The notes beneath the pieces were generated by a model that worked only from the letters and a program-made list of their open reading frames with translations, was not told the DNA's origin and did not search any database. A stretch of DNA of 64,000 nt from Macrostomum lignano (Eukaryota): assembly GCA_002269645.1 (NCBI GenBank), contig NIVC01001827.1, positions 62,001 to 126,000 of the forward strand, given 5' to 3'. The translations under genes and the position numbers were made by a program. Below are positions 23,454 through 36,136 of the stretch, one piece after another. Positions within the stretch are counted from its first letter, which is position 1. Each line of letters opens with the position of its first letter.

Positions 23454-24076
23454 CGAGGGTTGTCCCAGAAATAGCTGGAAAACCGGTACAGAGGCTGACT
23501 GTGATATTCGAATTTGATGCAACTTGTGTCATAAGTAGCAAAAAATGCAACGGTTGTTTTGCTTTTTAAATGGGGTGAAAATGTCAATTCATTCAAAAGT
23601 TATGCCTATAATTAGAACAAGGGGTAGGGGTAGAGTTACACCAAGTCGAGCCTACTATGCTGGCCATAGACTAAACTTTTGATGTTTAGTCAGAACCATC
23701 GATTCGAAAACAAAAGCAAACGAAGAAGCTGAAAAGAAACAAAAGAGCACATAAGCCCTCGAAAAAAGCAGAAGCTAATCTGAAGCAGAAGCAGAAAAGC
23801 TACAGGCTGAGGGGTGACTTCGTCGAAAAGTCATCAGTCAAGGGCGATGGCGATGCTGCGTGACCGACTTTGCAGACCTTTCGACTTGGTGTAACTCTAT
23901 CCCCTAACCCCTGTTCTAATTATAGGCATAACTTTTGAATGAATTGACATTTTACCCCATTTAAAAAGCAAAACAACCGTTGCATTTTTTTCTACTTATG
24001 ACACAAGTTGCATCAAATTCGAATATCACAGTCAGCCTCTGTACTGGTTTTCCCGCTATTTCTGGGACAACCCTCG
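23454..24076. mobile_element. Tc1/mariner-type MITE with about 196-bp TIRs and TA TSD
   Basis: TA|CGAGGGTTGTCCCAGAAA (23454-23649) mirrored by 23881-24076 (...TTTCTGGGACAACCCTCG|TA); about 230-bp spacer. Confidence 0.88.
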
Positions 24077-24414
24077 TAAATAGTTGTGTCAACGCTTAAC
24101 TTTCTACTACCTGAAGTAGACTAAATATAGTTGTTATGAATGCGAAATACTATTCAAATTCATAAAATGCAGACGCAGATGCACTTGAGACTCAACTCGG
24201 TGATTCAACAGCAACTGTAGCACACCTCAGATACGACTCTGCGGCCCCAAAGTCACTTAAGTCGTCCCAAATTCGTTTCAGTGTTTTGTCTAGAGGCACT
24301 TCTTCCCTATTCTTAACTGTGTCACATGCAAAAGACTCTCTGGGACTACGCAAATTTCAGCATATTCAAACCCAGATTCCGGGTTTCATATTTAACCTGC
24401 TTCTGTTCACACAG

Positions 24415-24909
24415 GGCGGCTCTTTAGTCTGCTGCGAGCGGTGCCCGGCCTCGTTCCATCCAGAGTGCCTGAAGCTGTCGGAGCTGCCCGAGCAGTTCAC
24501 CTGCGACGATTGCCGTATGGGTAGGCAGCCTCGCTACGGCGACATCGTCTGGGTGAAGGTTGGCCACTTCCGCTGGTGGCCCTGCGAGATACTCTATCCA
24601 GACCACGCGCCGCTGAACATACAACGAATGGCCCATCAGAAGGGCACATTTCCTGTGCACTTTTTCGGCACTGACGAATACTATTGGGTGCACAAGGGTC
24701 GCGTATTCGAATTCGAGGATGGCGATCTTGGCGATCTGCGCAAGACCCAGGGCTCCAGCCGGCTTGTCCAGCTATTCAAAGAGGGCGTCCGATTGGCGCA
24801 GGAGGCCTGCCGGCTGTTTCGCGAGATGCGCGAGAATCGCGACAAGATGGAGCAGAGCAAGAAGCCGCCGCCTTACAAGTTTATACGGACTAATTATCCT
24901 TTTGGGAAT
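24415..24909 (+). CDS. NSD: NSD exon 2 (PHD4, PWWP2)
   Basis: Acceptor TTCTGTTCACACAG|; GGSLVCCERCPASFH, GDIVWVKVGHFRWWP, KKPPPYK; donor AAT|GTGAGT. Confidence 0.95.
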
Positions 24910-24964
24910 GTGAGTCGCCTGTTTTATGTTCTTTCTTTATGATAGCTGCACTGTAGGGGCAGAG

Positions 24965-26068
24965 CGAGTTTAAGGTAGCAGGCCTCTGAATGACTGAGAG
25001 GGAGTTTGGGGTAGCAGGCCTCTCTGAATGACTGAGAGGGAGTTTTGGGTAGCAGGCCTCTGAATGACTGAGAGGGAGTTTTGGGTAGCAGGTCTCTGAA
25101 TGACTGAGAGGGAGTTTTGGGTAGCAGGTCTCTGAATGACTGAGAGGGAGTTTTGGGTAGCACGCCTCTGAATGACTGAGAGGGAGTTTTGGGTAGCAGG
25201 CCTCTGAATGACTGAGAGGGAGTTTTGGGTAGCAGGCCTCTGAATGAATGAGAGGGAGTTTTGGGTAGCAGGTCTCTGAATGAATGAGAGGGAGTTTTGG
25301 GTAGCAGGTCTCTGAATGAATGAGAGGGAGTTTTGGGTAGCAGGCCTCTGAATGAATGAGAGGGAGTTTTGGGTAGCAGGTCTCTGAATGAATGAGAGGG
25401 AGTTTTGGGTAGCAGGTCTCTGAGTGAATGAGAGGGAGTTTTGGGTAGCAGGTCTCTGAATGAATGAGAGGGAGTTTTGGGTAGCAGGTCTCTGAATGAA
25501 TGAGAGGGAGTTTTGGGTAGCAGGTCTCTGAGTGAATGAGAGGGAGTTTTGCTAGGTCTCTGAATTACTGAGAGGGAGTTTTGGGTAGCAGGTCTCTGAA
25601 TGAATGAGAGGGAGTTTTGGGTAGCAGGCCTCTGAATGACTGAGAGGGAGTTTTGGGTAGCAGGCCTCTGAATGAATGAGAGGGAGTTTTGGGTAGCAGG
25701 TCTCTGAATGAATGAGAGGGAGTTTTGGGTAGCAGGCCTCTGAATGAATGAGAGGGAGTTTTGGGTAGCAGGTCTCTGAGTGAATGAGAGGGAGTTTTGG
25801 GTAGCAGGCCTCTGAGTGAATGAGAGGGAGTTTTGGGTAGCAGGTCTCTGAATGAATGAGAGGGAGTTTTGGGTAGCAGGTCTCTGAATGAATGAGAGGG
25901 AGTTTTGGGTAGCAGGTCTCTGAATGAATGAGAGGGAGTTTTGGGTAGCAGGCCTCTGAGTGAATGAGAGGGAGTTTTGGGTAGCAGGTCTCTGAATGAC
26001 TGAGAGGGAGTTTTGGGTAGCAGGCCTCTGAATGAATGAGAGGGAGTTTTGGGTAGCAGGCCTCTGAA
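24965..26068. repeat. 36-bp minisatellite (GAGGGAGTTTTGGGTAGCAGG[T/C]CTCTGAATGAATGA)n, NSD intron 2
   Basis: Direct reading; 12-aa periodic spurious ORF. Confidence 0.96.
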
Positions 26069-26655
26069 TTTGATATAGCAGAGCTTCTGAAGCAGCAGAT
26101 GGAGTTGATATAGCAGAGCTTCTGAAGCAGCAGATGGAGTTGATATAGCAGAGCTTCTGAAGCAGCAGATGGAGTTGATATAGCAGAGCTTCTGAAGCAG
26201 CAGATGGAGTTGATGTAGCAGAGCTGCTGAAGCAGCAGATGGAGTTGATGTAGCAGAGCTGCTGAAGCAGCAGATGGAGTTGATGTAGCAGAGCTGCTGA
26301 AGCAGCAGATAGATTTGATGTAGCAGAGCTTCTGAAGCAGCAGATGGAGTTGATGTAGCAGAGCTGCTGAAGCAGCAGATGGAGTTGATGTAGCAGAGCT
26401 GCTGAAGCAGCAGATAGATTTGATGTAGCAGAGCTTCTGAAGCAGCAGATGGAGTTGATGTAGCAGAGCTTCTGAAGCAGCAGATGGAGTTGATGTAGCA
26501 GAGCTGCTGAAGCAGCAGATAGATTTGATGTAGCAGAGCTTCTGAAGCAGCAGATAGATTTGATGTAGCAGAGCTTCTGAAGCAGCAGATGGAGTTGATG
26601 TAGCAGAGCTGCTGAAGCAGCAGATGGAGTTGATGTAGCAGAGCTGCTGAAGCAG
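26069..26655. repeat. 35-bp minisatellite (GCAGAGCTTCTGAAGCAGCAGATGGAGTTGATGTA)n, NSD intron 2
   Basis: Direct reading; abuts the 36-bp array. Confidence 0.96.
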
Positions 26656-26693
26656 GGAGTCAAGAGACGTCTGCTTTTCCAAACTGATCCCAG

Positions 26694-27068
26694 GCTCGCG
26701 TCTACAAAGCCGCCGATCTGTCGGAGCTGCACCGCTGCGACTGCTCAGCGGACAGCCAGGAACCGTGCGGCTCGGACTCGGACTGCATGAACCGGGTGCT
26801 CTACTACGAATGCCACCCGGGCCTGTGCGCGGCTAAAGATCGCTGCCTCAATCAGCGATTTGTTAAACGAGAATATCCAACCCAGGCCGTGTTCAAGACT
26901 AACCAGGGCGGCCGAGGCTGGGGTCTCAAAGCTATGCAGGACATTGCTAAAGGCGAATTTGTCAATGAATACGTTGGTGATCTGATTGACGAGGAGGAGG
27001 CCAAGAAACGGCTGAGCTGGGCTCACGATCATGGCGTCACTAACTTCTACATGCTCACGCTAGACAAG
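26694..27068 (+). CDS. NSD: NSD exon 3 (AWS and N-terminal SET)
   Basis: Acceptor TGATCCCAG|; DLSELHRCDC...DCMNRVLYYEC, GRGWGL, EFVNEYVGDLID, NFYMLTLDK; donor |GTAAGG. Confidence 0.95.
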
Positions 27069-27164
27069 GTAAGGCCTATGGACCTGATAGTTAAAGTAAC
27101 CAGAATGCAACCGAGACCAAACCCAAACAGTTAAACACTGCATGAACCGAAACTTACCTAAGCA

Positions 27165-29378
27165 ACATGAACCCAAACCCAAGCAACCTGAACCCAGACC
27201 AGCCTGAGCAACCTGAACCCAGACCAGCCTGAGCAACCTGAACCCAAACCAGCCTGAGCAACCTGAACCCAAACCAGCCTGAGCAACCTGAACCCAGACC
27301 AGCCTGAGCAACCTGAACCCAGACCAGCCTGAGCAACCTGAACCCAAACCAGCCTGAGCAACCTGAACCCAAACCAGCCTGAGCAACCTGAACCCAAACC
27401 AGCCTGAGCAACCTGAACCCAGACCAGCCTGAGCAACCTGAACCCAAACCAGCCTGAGCAACCTGAACCCAAACCAGCCTGAGCAACCTGAACCCAGACC
27501 AGCCTGAGCAACCTGAACCCAAACCAGCCTGAGCAACCTGAACCCAAACCAGCCTGAGCAACCTGAACCCAAACCAGCCTGAGCAACCTGAACCCAAGAG
27601 TCTGAGCAACCTGAACCCAGACCAGCCTGAGCAACCTGAACCCAAACCAGCCTGAGCAACCTGAACCCAGACCAGCCTGAGCAACCTGAACCCAAACCAG
27701 CCTGAGCAACCTGAACCCAGACCAGCCTGAGCAACCTGAACCCAGACCAGCCTGAGCAACCTGAACCCCGACCAGACTGGGCAACCTGAACCCAAGAGTC
27801 TGAGCAACCTGAACCCAGACCAGCCTGAGCAACCTGAACCCAAACCAGCCTGAGCAACCTGAACCCAGACCAGCCTGAGCAACCTGAACCCAGACCAGCC
27901 TGAGCAACCTGAACCCCGACCAGCCTGGGCAACCTGAACCCAAGAGTCTGAGCAACCTGAACCCAGACCAGCCTGGGCAACCTGAACCCAAACCAGCCTG
28001 AGCAACCTGAACCCAAACCAGCCTGAGCAACCTGAACCCAAACCAGCCTGAGCAACCTGAACCCAAACCAGCCTGAGCAACCTGAACCCAGACCAGCCTG
28101 AGCAACCTGAACCCCGACCAGCCTGAGCAACCTGAACCCCGACCAGCCTGGGCAACCTGAACCCAAACCAGCCTGAGAAACCTGAACCCAAACCAGCCTG
28201 AGTAACCTGAACCCAAGAGTCTGAGCAACCTGAACCTAAGAGTCTGAGCAACCTGAACCCAGACCAGCCTGAGCAACCTGAACCCAAACCAGCCTGAGCA
28301 ACCTGAACCCAGACCAGCCTGAGCAACCTGAACCCAAACCAGCCTGAGCAACCTGAACCCAGACCAGCCTGAGCAACCTGAACCCAGACCAGCCTGAGCA
28401 ACCTGAACCCAAACCAGCCTGAGCAACCTGAACCCAGACCAGCCTGAGCAACCTGAACCCCGACCAGCCTGGGCAACCTGAACCCAAGAGTCTGAGCTAC
28501 CTGAACCCAGACCAGCCTGAGCAACCTGAACCCAAACCAGCCTGAGCAACCTGAACCCAGACCAGCCTGAGCAACCTGAACCCAGACCAGCCTGGGCAAC
28601 CTGAACCCAAACCAGCCTGAGCAACCTGAACCCAAACCAGCCTGAGCAACCTGAACCCAAACCAGCCTGAGCAACCTGAACCCAAACCGGCCTGAGCAAC
28701 CTGAACCCAGACCAGCCTGAGCAACCTGAACCCCGACCAGCCTGAGCAACCTGAACCCCGACCAGCCTGGGCAACCTGAACCCAAACCAGCCTGAGAAAC
28801 CTGAACCCAAACCAGCCTGAGTAACCTGAACCCAAGAGTCTGAGCAACCTGAACCTAAGAGTCTGAGCAACCTGAACCCAGACCAGCCTGAGCAACCTGA
28901 ACCCAAACCAGCCTGAGCAACCTGAACCCAGACCAGCCTGAGCAACCTGAACCCAAACCAGCCTGAGCAACCTGAACCCAAACCAGCCTGAGCAACCTGA
29001 ACCCAGACCAGCCTGAGCAACCTGAACCCAAACCAGCCTGAGCAACCTGAACCCAAACCAGCCTGAGCAACCTGAACCCAGACCAGCCTGAGCAACCTGA
29101 ACCCAAGAGTCTGAGCAACCTGAACCCAGACCAGCCTGAGCAACCTGAACCCAAGAGTCTGAGCAACCTGAACCCAGACCAGCCTGAGCAAACTGAACCC
29201 AAACCAGCCTGAGCAACCTGAACCCAAAAGTCTGAGCAACCTGAACCCAGACCAGCCTGAGCAACCTGAACCCAAACCAGCCCGAGCAACCTGAACCCAA
29301 ACCAGCCTGAGCAACCTGAACCCAAACCAGCCTGAGCAACCTGAACACAAAAGTCTGAGCAACCTGAACCCAGACCAG
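27165..29378. repeat. 25-bp minisatellite (CCAGCCTGAGCAACCTGAACCCAAA)n, NSD intron 3
   Basis: Period 25; gives 25-aa periodic spurious ORFs up to 734 aa. Confidence 0.97.
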
Positions 29379-29407
29379 CATACTCATTTCATCATCTCCC
29401 TCACCAG

Positions 29408-29820
29408 GGCCGGATTATCGACGCCGGGCCGAAGGGCAACCTGAGCCGCTTCATGAACCACAGCTGCTCGCCCAATCTGGTCACTCAGAAATGGTCAGTT
29501 AACGGCGACCTGCGCATCGGCCTATTCGCACTGCGGGACATCAAAGCCGGCGAAGAGCTCACCTTTAATTATAACTTTGAATGCCTGGGCGCTGAGAAAC
29601 TCGCCTGTCAGTGTGGCGCCGAGAACTGCTCCGGCTTCTTGGGCGTCCGGCCACGCTCGTCCGCCAATCTTCTGCGCGACGCTGCCGCTTCTTCCGGTGG
29701 TGGCGGTGGCGGCGGAGGCGACGGCGCCGAGTCGGGCAAGAAACGGCGCCGGACAAAAGGCGTCGCCAGTGGCACCACCGGAGCCGTGTGCAAGGTTGTG
29801 TACGAGGACACGTGTTATCG
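29408..29820 (+). CDS. NSD: NSD exon 4 (SET C-terminus, post-SET)
   Basis: [43 protein letters not shown]; donor CG|GTGAGT, phase 2. Confidence 0.96.
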
Positions 29821-29869
29821 GTGAGTTATTTTTATAACGGGGGATTCAATTTAAAGAACTAGTGAATTG

Positions 29870-30909
29870 AAGGATTAAGGGACCTGCATCAAAGGATTAG
29901 GCTTGGTGCAAAGGATTCAGGGACCTGCGGCAAAGAATTAGGAGGCCTAGTGCAAAGGATTAGGGGACCTGTGGCAAAGGATTAGGAGGCCTGGTGCAAA
30001 GGATTAGGAGGCCTGGTGCAAAGGATTAGGGGACCTGTGGCAAAGGATTAGGAGGCCTGGTGCAAAGGATTAGGAGGCCTGGTGCAAAGGATTAGGGGAC
30101 CTGTGGCAAAGAAATTAGGAGGCCTAGTGCAAAGGATTAGGAGGCCTGGTGCAAAGGATTAGGAGGCCTGTTGCAAAGGATTAGGAGACCTGTTGCAAAG
30201 GATTAGGGGACCTGCGGCAAAGAATTAGGGAGGCCTGGTGCAAAGGATTAGGAGACCTGTTGCAAAGGATTAGGTGGCCTGGTGCAAAGGATTAGGTGGC
30301 CTGTTGCAAAGGATTAGGAGGCCTGGTGCAGAGGATTAGGTGGCCTGTTGCAAAGGATTAGGAGGCCTGTTGCAAAGGATTAGAAGGCCTAGTGCAAAGG
30401 ATTAGGAGGCCTGTTGCAAAGGATTAGGAGGCCTGTTGCAAAGGATTAGGGGACCTGCGGCAAAGGATTAGGAGGCCTGTTGCAAAGGATTAGAAGGCCT
30501 AGTGCAAAGGATTAGAAGGCCTAGTGCAAAGGATTAGGAGACCTGTTGCAAAGGATTAGGAGACCTGTTGCAAAGGATTAGGAGGCCTGGTGCAAAGGAT
30601 TAGGTGTCCTGTTGCAAAGGATTAGGAGGTCTGTTGCAAAGGATTAGGAGGCCTGTTGCAAAGGATTAGGAGGCCTGTTGCAAAGGATTAGGAGGCCTGG
30701 TGCAAAGGATTAGGAGGCCTGTTGCAAAGGATTAGGAGGCCTGGTGCAAAGGATTAGGAGGTCTGTTGCAAAGGATTAGGAGGCCTGTTGCAAAGGATTA
30801 GGAGGCCTGTTGCAAAGGATTAGGAGGCCTGGTGCAAAGGATTAGGAGGCCTGTTGCAAAGGATTAGGAGGCCTGGTGCAAAGGATTAGGAGGCCTGTTG
30901 CAAAGGATT
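29870..30909. repeat. 22-bp minisatellite (AAAGGATTAGGAGGCCTGTTGC)n, NSD intron 4
   Basis: Period 22, direct reading. Confidence 0.96.
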
Positions 30910-31046
30910 GATGTCATGCTTTTTGCAGCGAAGCACGCACGAGAAAACAACAACCAAAGCTATATAATTGCATTGTTGTTTATTTCTATGGATATTAAAA
31001 CGGCAATTAAGATGGGATGAAACTATCACCCTTCATTGTACCGCAG

Positions 31047-31365
31047 CTGCTGCGACGGTGGCGAAATGATCATGTGCGACAAGGAGGCCTGCCCCAAGGT
31101 GTACCACCTTGGCTGCCTGGGTCTGTCCAAAGCCCCATCCGGCAAGTGGTACTGCCCGTGGCACCATTGCGACGAGTGCGGCCGCCCGGCCACGGTGCTG
31201 TGCTCCGAGTGTCCCGGTTCCTACTGCGCTGAGCACGCCGACAGTCGAATCTTCCAGATGCCGGCTGGTACAGCTGCCGGCGGTGGCGTCATCAACGTGT
31301 GTTGCGAGCACGACGACCTTCTGGTGGCCTATCAGGCCTCCGAAGGCAAGGAGAATGGAGACTGA
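31047..31365 (+). CDS. NSD: NSD exon 5 (PHD5-C5HCH), stop
   Basis: Acceptor CATTGTACCGCAG|C completes EDTCYRCCDGGEMIMCD..CPKVYHLGCL; WYCPWHHCDECG...CSECPGSYC; TGA at 31363-31365. Confidence 0.95.
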
Positions 31366-31489
31366 AGCTGCGAGCAGTGCTGTCAGCAAACATGTTTCCG
31401 TAAAGCACTCGGGAGGCTGCTTAAACCTGGGGAATCAAGGGTTCCAATGACACAATGACTGATGTAGTCAAAGTAAGCAAATCCTTTGA

Positions 31490-31995
31490 CTCAATGACCG
31501 GGGATAAAATATATCCTATGACCCAATGACCGGATAGTAAAAGGGATCCTATGACCCAATGACCGGGGATTAAATGGATCCTATAACCCAATGACCGGGG
31601 ATTAAATGGATCCTATGACCCAATGACCGGGGATCAAATGGATCCTATGACCCAATGATGGGGTGTCAAATGGATCCTATGACCCAATGACCGGGGGGGT
31701 CAAATGGATCCTATAACCCAATGACGGGGTGTCAACTAGATCCATGACTCAATGACCGGTGGTCAAATGGATCCTATGACCCAATGACGGGGGGGGGTCA
31801 AATGGATCCTATGACCCAATGACGGGGGGTCAAATCGATCCTATGACCCAATGACGGGGGGTCAAATCGATCCTATGACCCAATGACGGGGTGTCAAATG
31901 GATCCTATGACCTAATGACGGGGGGTCAAATAAATCCTATGACCCAATGACGGGGTGTCAAATGGATCCTATGACCCAATGACCGGAGGGGGGGT
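31490..31995. repeat. About 31-bp minisatellite (GACCCAATGACGGGGGGTCAAATGGATCCTAT)n downstream of the NSD stop
   Basis: Direct reading; variable G-run. Confidence 0.92.
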
Positions 31996-32314
31996 CAAAT
32001 GAATCCTACAACCTGTTTAATCAGTGAGCCTACGAAATGAGCCGGTACTCAGTTGGTTTATCAGTGAAATCTATTGACTATGAGCTAGTAGATAGAGCTC
32101 GAATCGGTTCAATAGTGCCGGTTGTAGAACAGTTATATTAGAAAGGCCACTGACTAATAAAACTTGCGCTCTGTACTCGTGTTCTATTGTATTGCGCAGC
32201 ATTTGGCCCGTTAAAAATTTGTTACCTTTTAATAATATTACTGTTATTTTTTTAATTTCTTGTCCGTTTTATTTAACCGCCTGTGTCCGGTGGACTATTG
32301 TGTTTCCCGGTCTT

Positions 32315-32315
<1 letters not shown>

Positions 32316-32381
<66 letters not shown>
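32316..32381. repeat. (CT)n microsatellite
   Basis: Direct reading. Confidence 0.95.
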
Positions 32382-32385
<4 letters not shown>

Positions 32386-33099
32386 CCTGTGTTATGCCGC
32401 ATTTTTATGTTCATTGTAATTTCTCTTGTACATACTAGCTATTGCTGTTTAGAAACAAGGGCTGGCCAGTGTTGTTTTTCAACTTGCTATTCTGACTTGG
32501 CAATTTACAAAATTAATCGCGTTATTATTAGCCTTATTATCAGCTGATTGGCTGTTTTAATCTTAATCTTGCTTGCAATAAGTAATGTACTATAAGCACT
32601 ACTTGACTCAGTAGTGTGATCAATAATTGCACTTGAACTTGTGAGTTTGTGACCCTATATTTGTATGCTAGTTACTTAATTAATAATCCAGTCCCCTTAC
32701 CTTGCTTGCATCTCACTGGCTGTTGATTTTTTTATTTCTATTCGGGCGCACGCTAAACGGGTCGGTCCATGTACATTGTCTCTAGCTGCTGTGTACAAAG
32801 TGAAGTTATCAACTCTCTTTTAATGGCATTGTTCAACTAATTTAGTTTTTTTAGCTTGGCATTCGGTTCCACCCAGTCATTGAATTATAAATATAAAAGC
32901 AATCATAATTTATAAATGTGTGCACTAAACCTTTTTTGGATTGCTAGTCTTACTTTGCTTGTTCTTTGCATTACGCCCGGATCGATAGCTCACGCTCGGT
33001 TTTTCTTTAAGCGTCAGAATCGCGGTGCCATTTTTGGTATCAGTTGAAAAGTTCAAAATCAAATAAGCTACAAAATCTCTACCCTACTTGACGGTAGGG

Positions 33100-34230
33100 C
33101 GATCCGAAGACGCAGCGGGTAGGCGAGCGTCGCCCATTCAACCAATAAAGGGCGCGGGGAGGTCTGTCGAGCCTGTCTGCAGCGTGGTCTTTAGTGGGGA
33201 AGACGGAGGCTCTCGTTTGGTAGCCCGGAGGAACCGGATGAGCCGTGAGTTGTTCTCGGGCCGGCAAAGCATCGTCCAGGGGCCCCGAGGTAGTGGAGCC
33301 GGTCTCGGTTGAAGGCCGGGCAGTAGCAGACGAAGTACTTAGCGTCTTCGTTCTCAAGGTTGCAGAAGGGGCAGAGTTCACTCCGGCGATCGCCTCGGAG
33401 GAACCAGTGCCTGCCGAAGCAACCGTGACCTGTGAAGGTCATAGTGAGAGTGGTCACATCTTTTCGATTTTGGTTCAAAAGGAGTCTTCCGCAGCTTGAG
33501 GGACGGGTTGGGCACTGCCGCTCGGGATTGGCGGCAGTCGGGAATGCCGTCAGGGTGGGCGGTCGGAGACTCTTAGCGAGGGAGTCGGCGAGCTCGTTAC
33601 CCTTTGAAACCGGCGTTGTGCAAGTGCTTGAAAGTGCTGATTGCGAGGACTTCGTTTTGGAAAACACAGGAGAGTCTACCATGTGTTGGGCGCGAGTGGC
33701 ATGTGTCGGGCGTGAGTGGCGATCACGCGACCGTTGATAAGGATGCAGACTCCACAGCCGGATGTACGGTCTTTGAAGGATCCTTCAGTGAAGCAGTGGA
33801 CCTCCTGGGGGGCCCAGCTGTCGTCAGCGTTCTACCTGGAGGGGATAGTGACCTAGTAGCGTTGGTAGAGATTGAGCCGCGCTCCCACTCTCGTCCAGAA
33901 CTTTAAGGCACAGGTCAGAGTGCGACAGGAGCTTGCGATCCGCCATCACTCTCTGCGGCTAAAACCAACGCCAGCTTCGATGAGCCGTCGAGTAGTTTTG
34001 GCTACTTTTCCTCGTGGCGGACGAATATGTTCAGGGGCGAGAGGCAGTCGAAGAAGGCGTTTGAGGCCATCAAAAGGAGCAGAGAGCGGGGCTTTCAGGA
34101 TCATGCGGTCCCCTGCACTTTTTTTGAGGGCCTCGGGGCAGGTTTTAATCTGCAAGGCACTGGTCCAGACCAGTCCAGTGTGGGTAACAATCTCTCTCTA
34201 CCCTAGCATGCTGAGCCTCTCCAACCCACA
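33100..34230 (-). mobile_element. Decayed 3' part of an RNase H-containing non-LTR retrotransposon (I-group / LOA-R1-like)
   Basis: Minus-strand fragments across frameshifts: LKAPLSAPFDGLKRLLRLP (post-RT), VHCFTEGS, VFQNEVLAI, KGNELADSLAK (RNase H) and CPFC..ED..Y..C.CPAF (C-terminal Zn motif). The middle of RNase H is deleted. Confidence 0.75.
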
Positions 34231-34873
34231 GAAATCGGCAGACTCTGAATTCAAGTTGATGTATCATGACACGCGCTATGACACTAAAAAGTTTTTGAGA
34301 CGCCGGCTACACTTTGTCGTGTCATATGTACATGTACATGCTCTTGTATTATTTAGCGAAAGATACATGTATAAGTATAAGCCACTGCAGACATGTTGGA
34401 CTTCGAATTTCAAATTTAACTAGCACCTGTTACGCATTTTGTCCAAGTTAGATACGCGTGTTCGGTTTAGTCAAGCTATCCGTGTGGATAAAATTGGAAT
34501 TATTGACACGGCTTATAGACTTGAATGGTTGCAGCTATTTCAATAAGCTGCCACGGGGATAAGCTGGAAATTATTGACACTGATCCGTGTGGATAAAATT
34601 GGAATTATCGGCACGGGACCGTGGGGATAAGCACTTCCATTATTAAATGTTCCCCTAGACCGGCAAGCAAGCTAAGTTTCAGACAAATCGTGTATGTGTA
34701 GAGTAAGAGAATTGTGTATAAGGTAAGATGATACAATATGTATAGACTAAGATACCTACATTCATAGGGTGGAGATATGTATAGGGTGAGACATGTACAT
34801 GGTGAGATATTGTCAGTTTAGTGCTGAAAACTGAAGACTTTTGTCTCGCTAATGCATTCGATGAGAAATAGAT

Positions 34874-35242
34874 TATTTTTTTATTAGAGGCAGGGGGGTT
34901 GTGTGCATCCTGGCGCGGCGCACTTTAGGCGACATAGGCGCACACAACCGGCGAGAGGCATTACTGCCCATTCCGCCGACTCCCCTGAGCAGGCATACAA
35001 GCGCGCGGATACGTACGCAGGCACACACTCACACAGGAGTGTACAGCGGCCCTAACTTTATCAATTGTTAGGCATGTACATTTCACTGCGCCTTGGGGGG
35101 TTGGCTCTCAAGGCCGTTAATTGCACAGGCGAGCCAAGCCGAAATTCCAATTCAGCCCTAAATTAATGTGGCTGCACTTGGAATCGAGCCTGGGTCGCGG
35201 CACACCAGAGCAGCTGCGCTACCGCTGGGCTACGGCCCCCCT
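34874..35242 (-). mobile_element. SINE family A copy (full length)
   Basis: Near-identical to 1193-1559; 13-bp TSD ATGAGAAATAGAT at 34861-34873 and 35243-35255. Confidence 0.92.
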
Positions 35243-36086
35243 ATGAGAAATAGATGGCCGCCAGTGAAATTCGAACGAGTTTCGAGTACAGCCTCGTCTA
35301 TCCAACTGTTGTCCATATGGTTTGAATTGGCTTAGTGTATATGTACGGGTCTATTTGATTTTACAACATGCCATTAGTCAACCATCTGGATTCCATCGCG
35401 TACGATGTATGCTTGTTAGACTATAGCCGACAAAGTACATTCTGGATCACAGGTAACCCACCCCAAGAAGATGACGTTGTTGACAGAGTGGGCACAGCTG
35501 TGTATTATTACGTTGATAACGGATGGTTATAATAACTTAATACGAATATCGGAGTGCAAAACTTTTGCTTGGCCAAGTGCACTAAAGTGCACTAAATGGC
35601 CCGTATCGAACAGCTGTTCTGCCATTACGATGTACATACGATGTACATGTACGCATGTAATAAATTCCTGCACCGCACCCATAAAGCACTTGGAGTATTG
35701 AATGCCCCCAACATTCTAGCTATGGCCTGCAGCATGTGGAATTCAGATGAATTCACATACGAGAGGGTATAGTTAGCTACATATTTAGTATACAGGATTC
35801 CTGCATGCGTGTTGATCACCAATATAGGCCTGTCGGCTTTTAAAAACGAAAGCGGTATACCAACGAGAAAATACTCGTTATATAACGAGTAGTCTAATAT
35901 CTACTCGTATCTGTAAGGATTAAAATGTCACAATAATAATAAATATATGAGCTTTATAACTCTTTTACACTCTACTGTATGGCCGGCTAGGTTGTCCACA
36001 GATACTAAACACCCTATAGATGCTTCACTCAGCACCATCCTTATGTATCAATTTGACTTGCTACTCTCTGACCACAGTGGCATAAG

Positions 36087-36090
<4 letters not shown>

Positions 36091-36132
<42 letters not shown>
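36091..36132. repeat. (CT)n microsatellite
   Basis: Direct reading. Confidence 0.9.

Positions 36133-36136
<4 letters not shown>

Noticed and set aside
24924-29387. ORFs of 300-734 aa antisense to NSD
   Set aside because: They lie entirely within the 36, 35 and 25-bp intronic arrays and have periodic translations with no domain content.
26950-29480. Possible activating substitutions in the NSD SET domain at positions equivalent to NSD2 E1099/T1150
   Set aside because: By my recalled alignment both residues are conserved (IDEEE and NLVTQKW).
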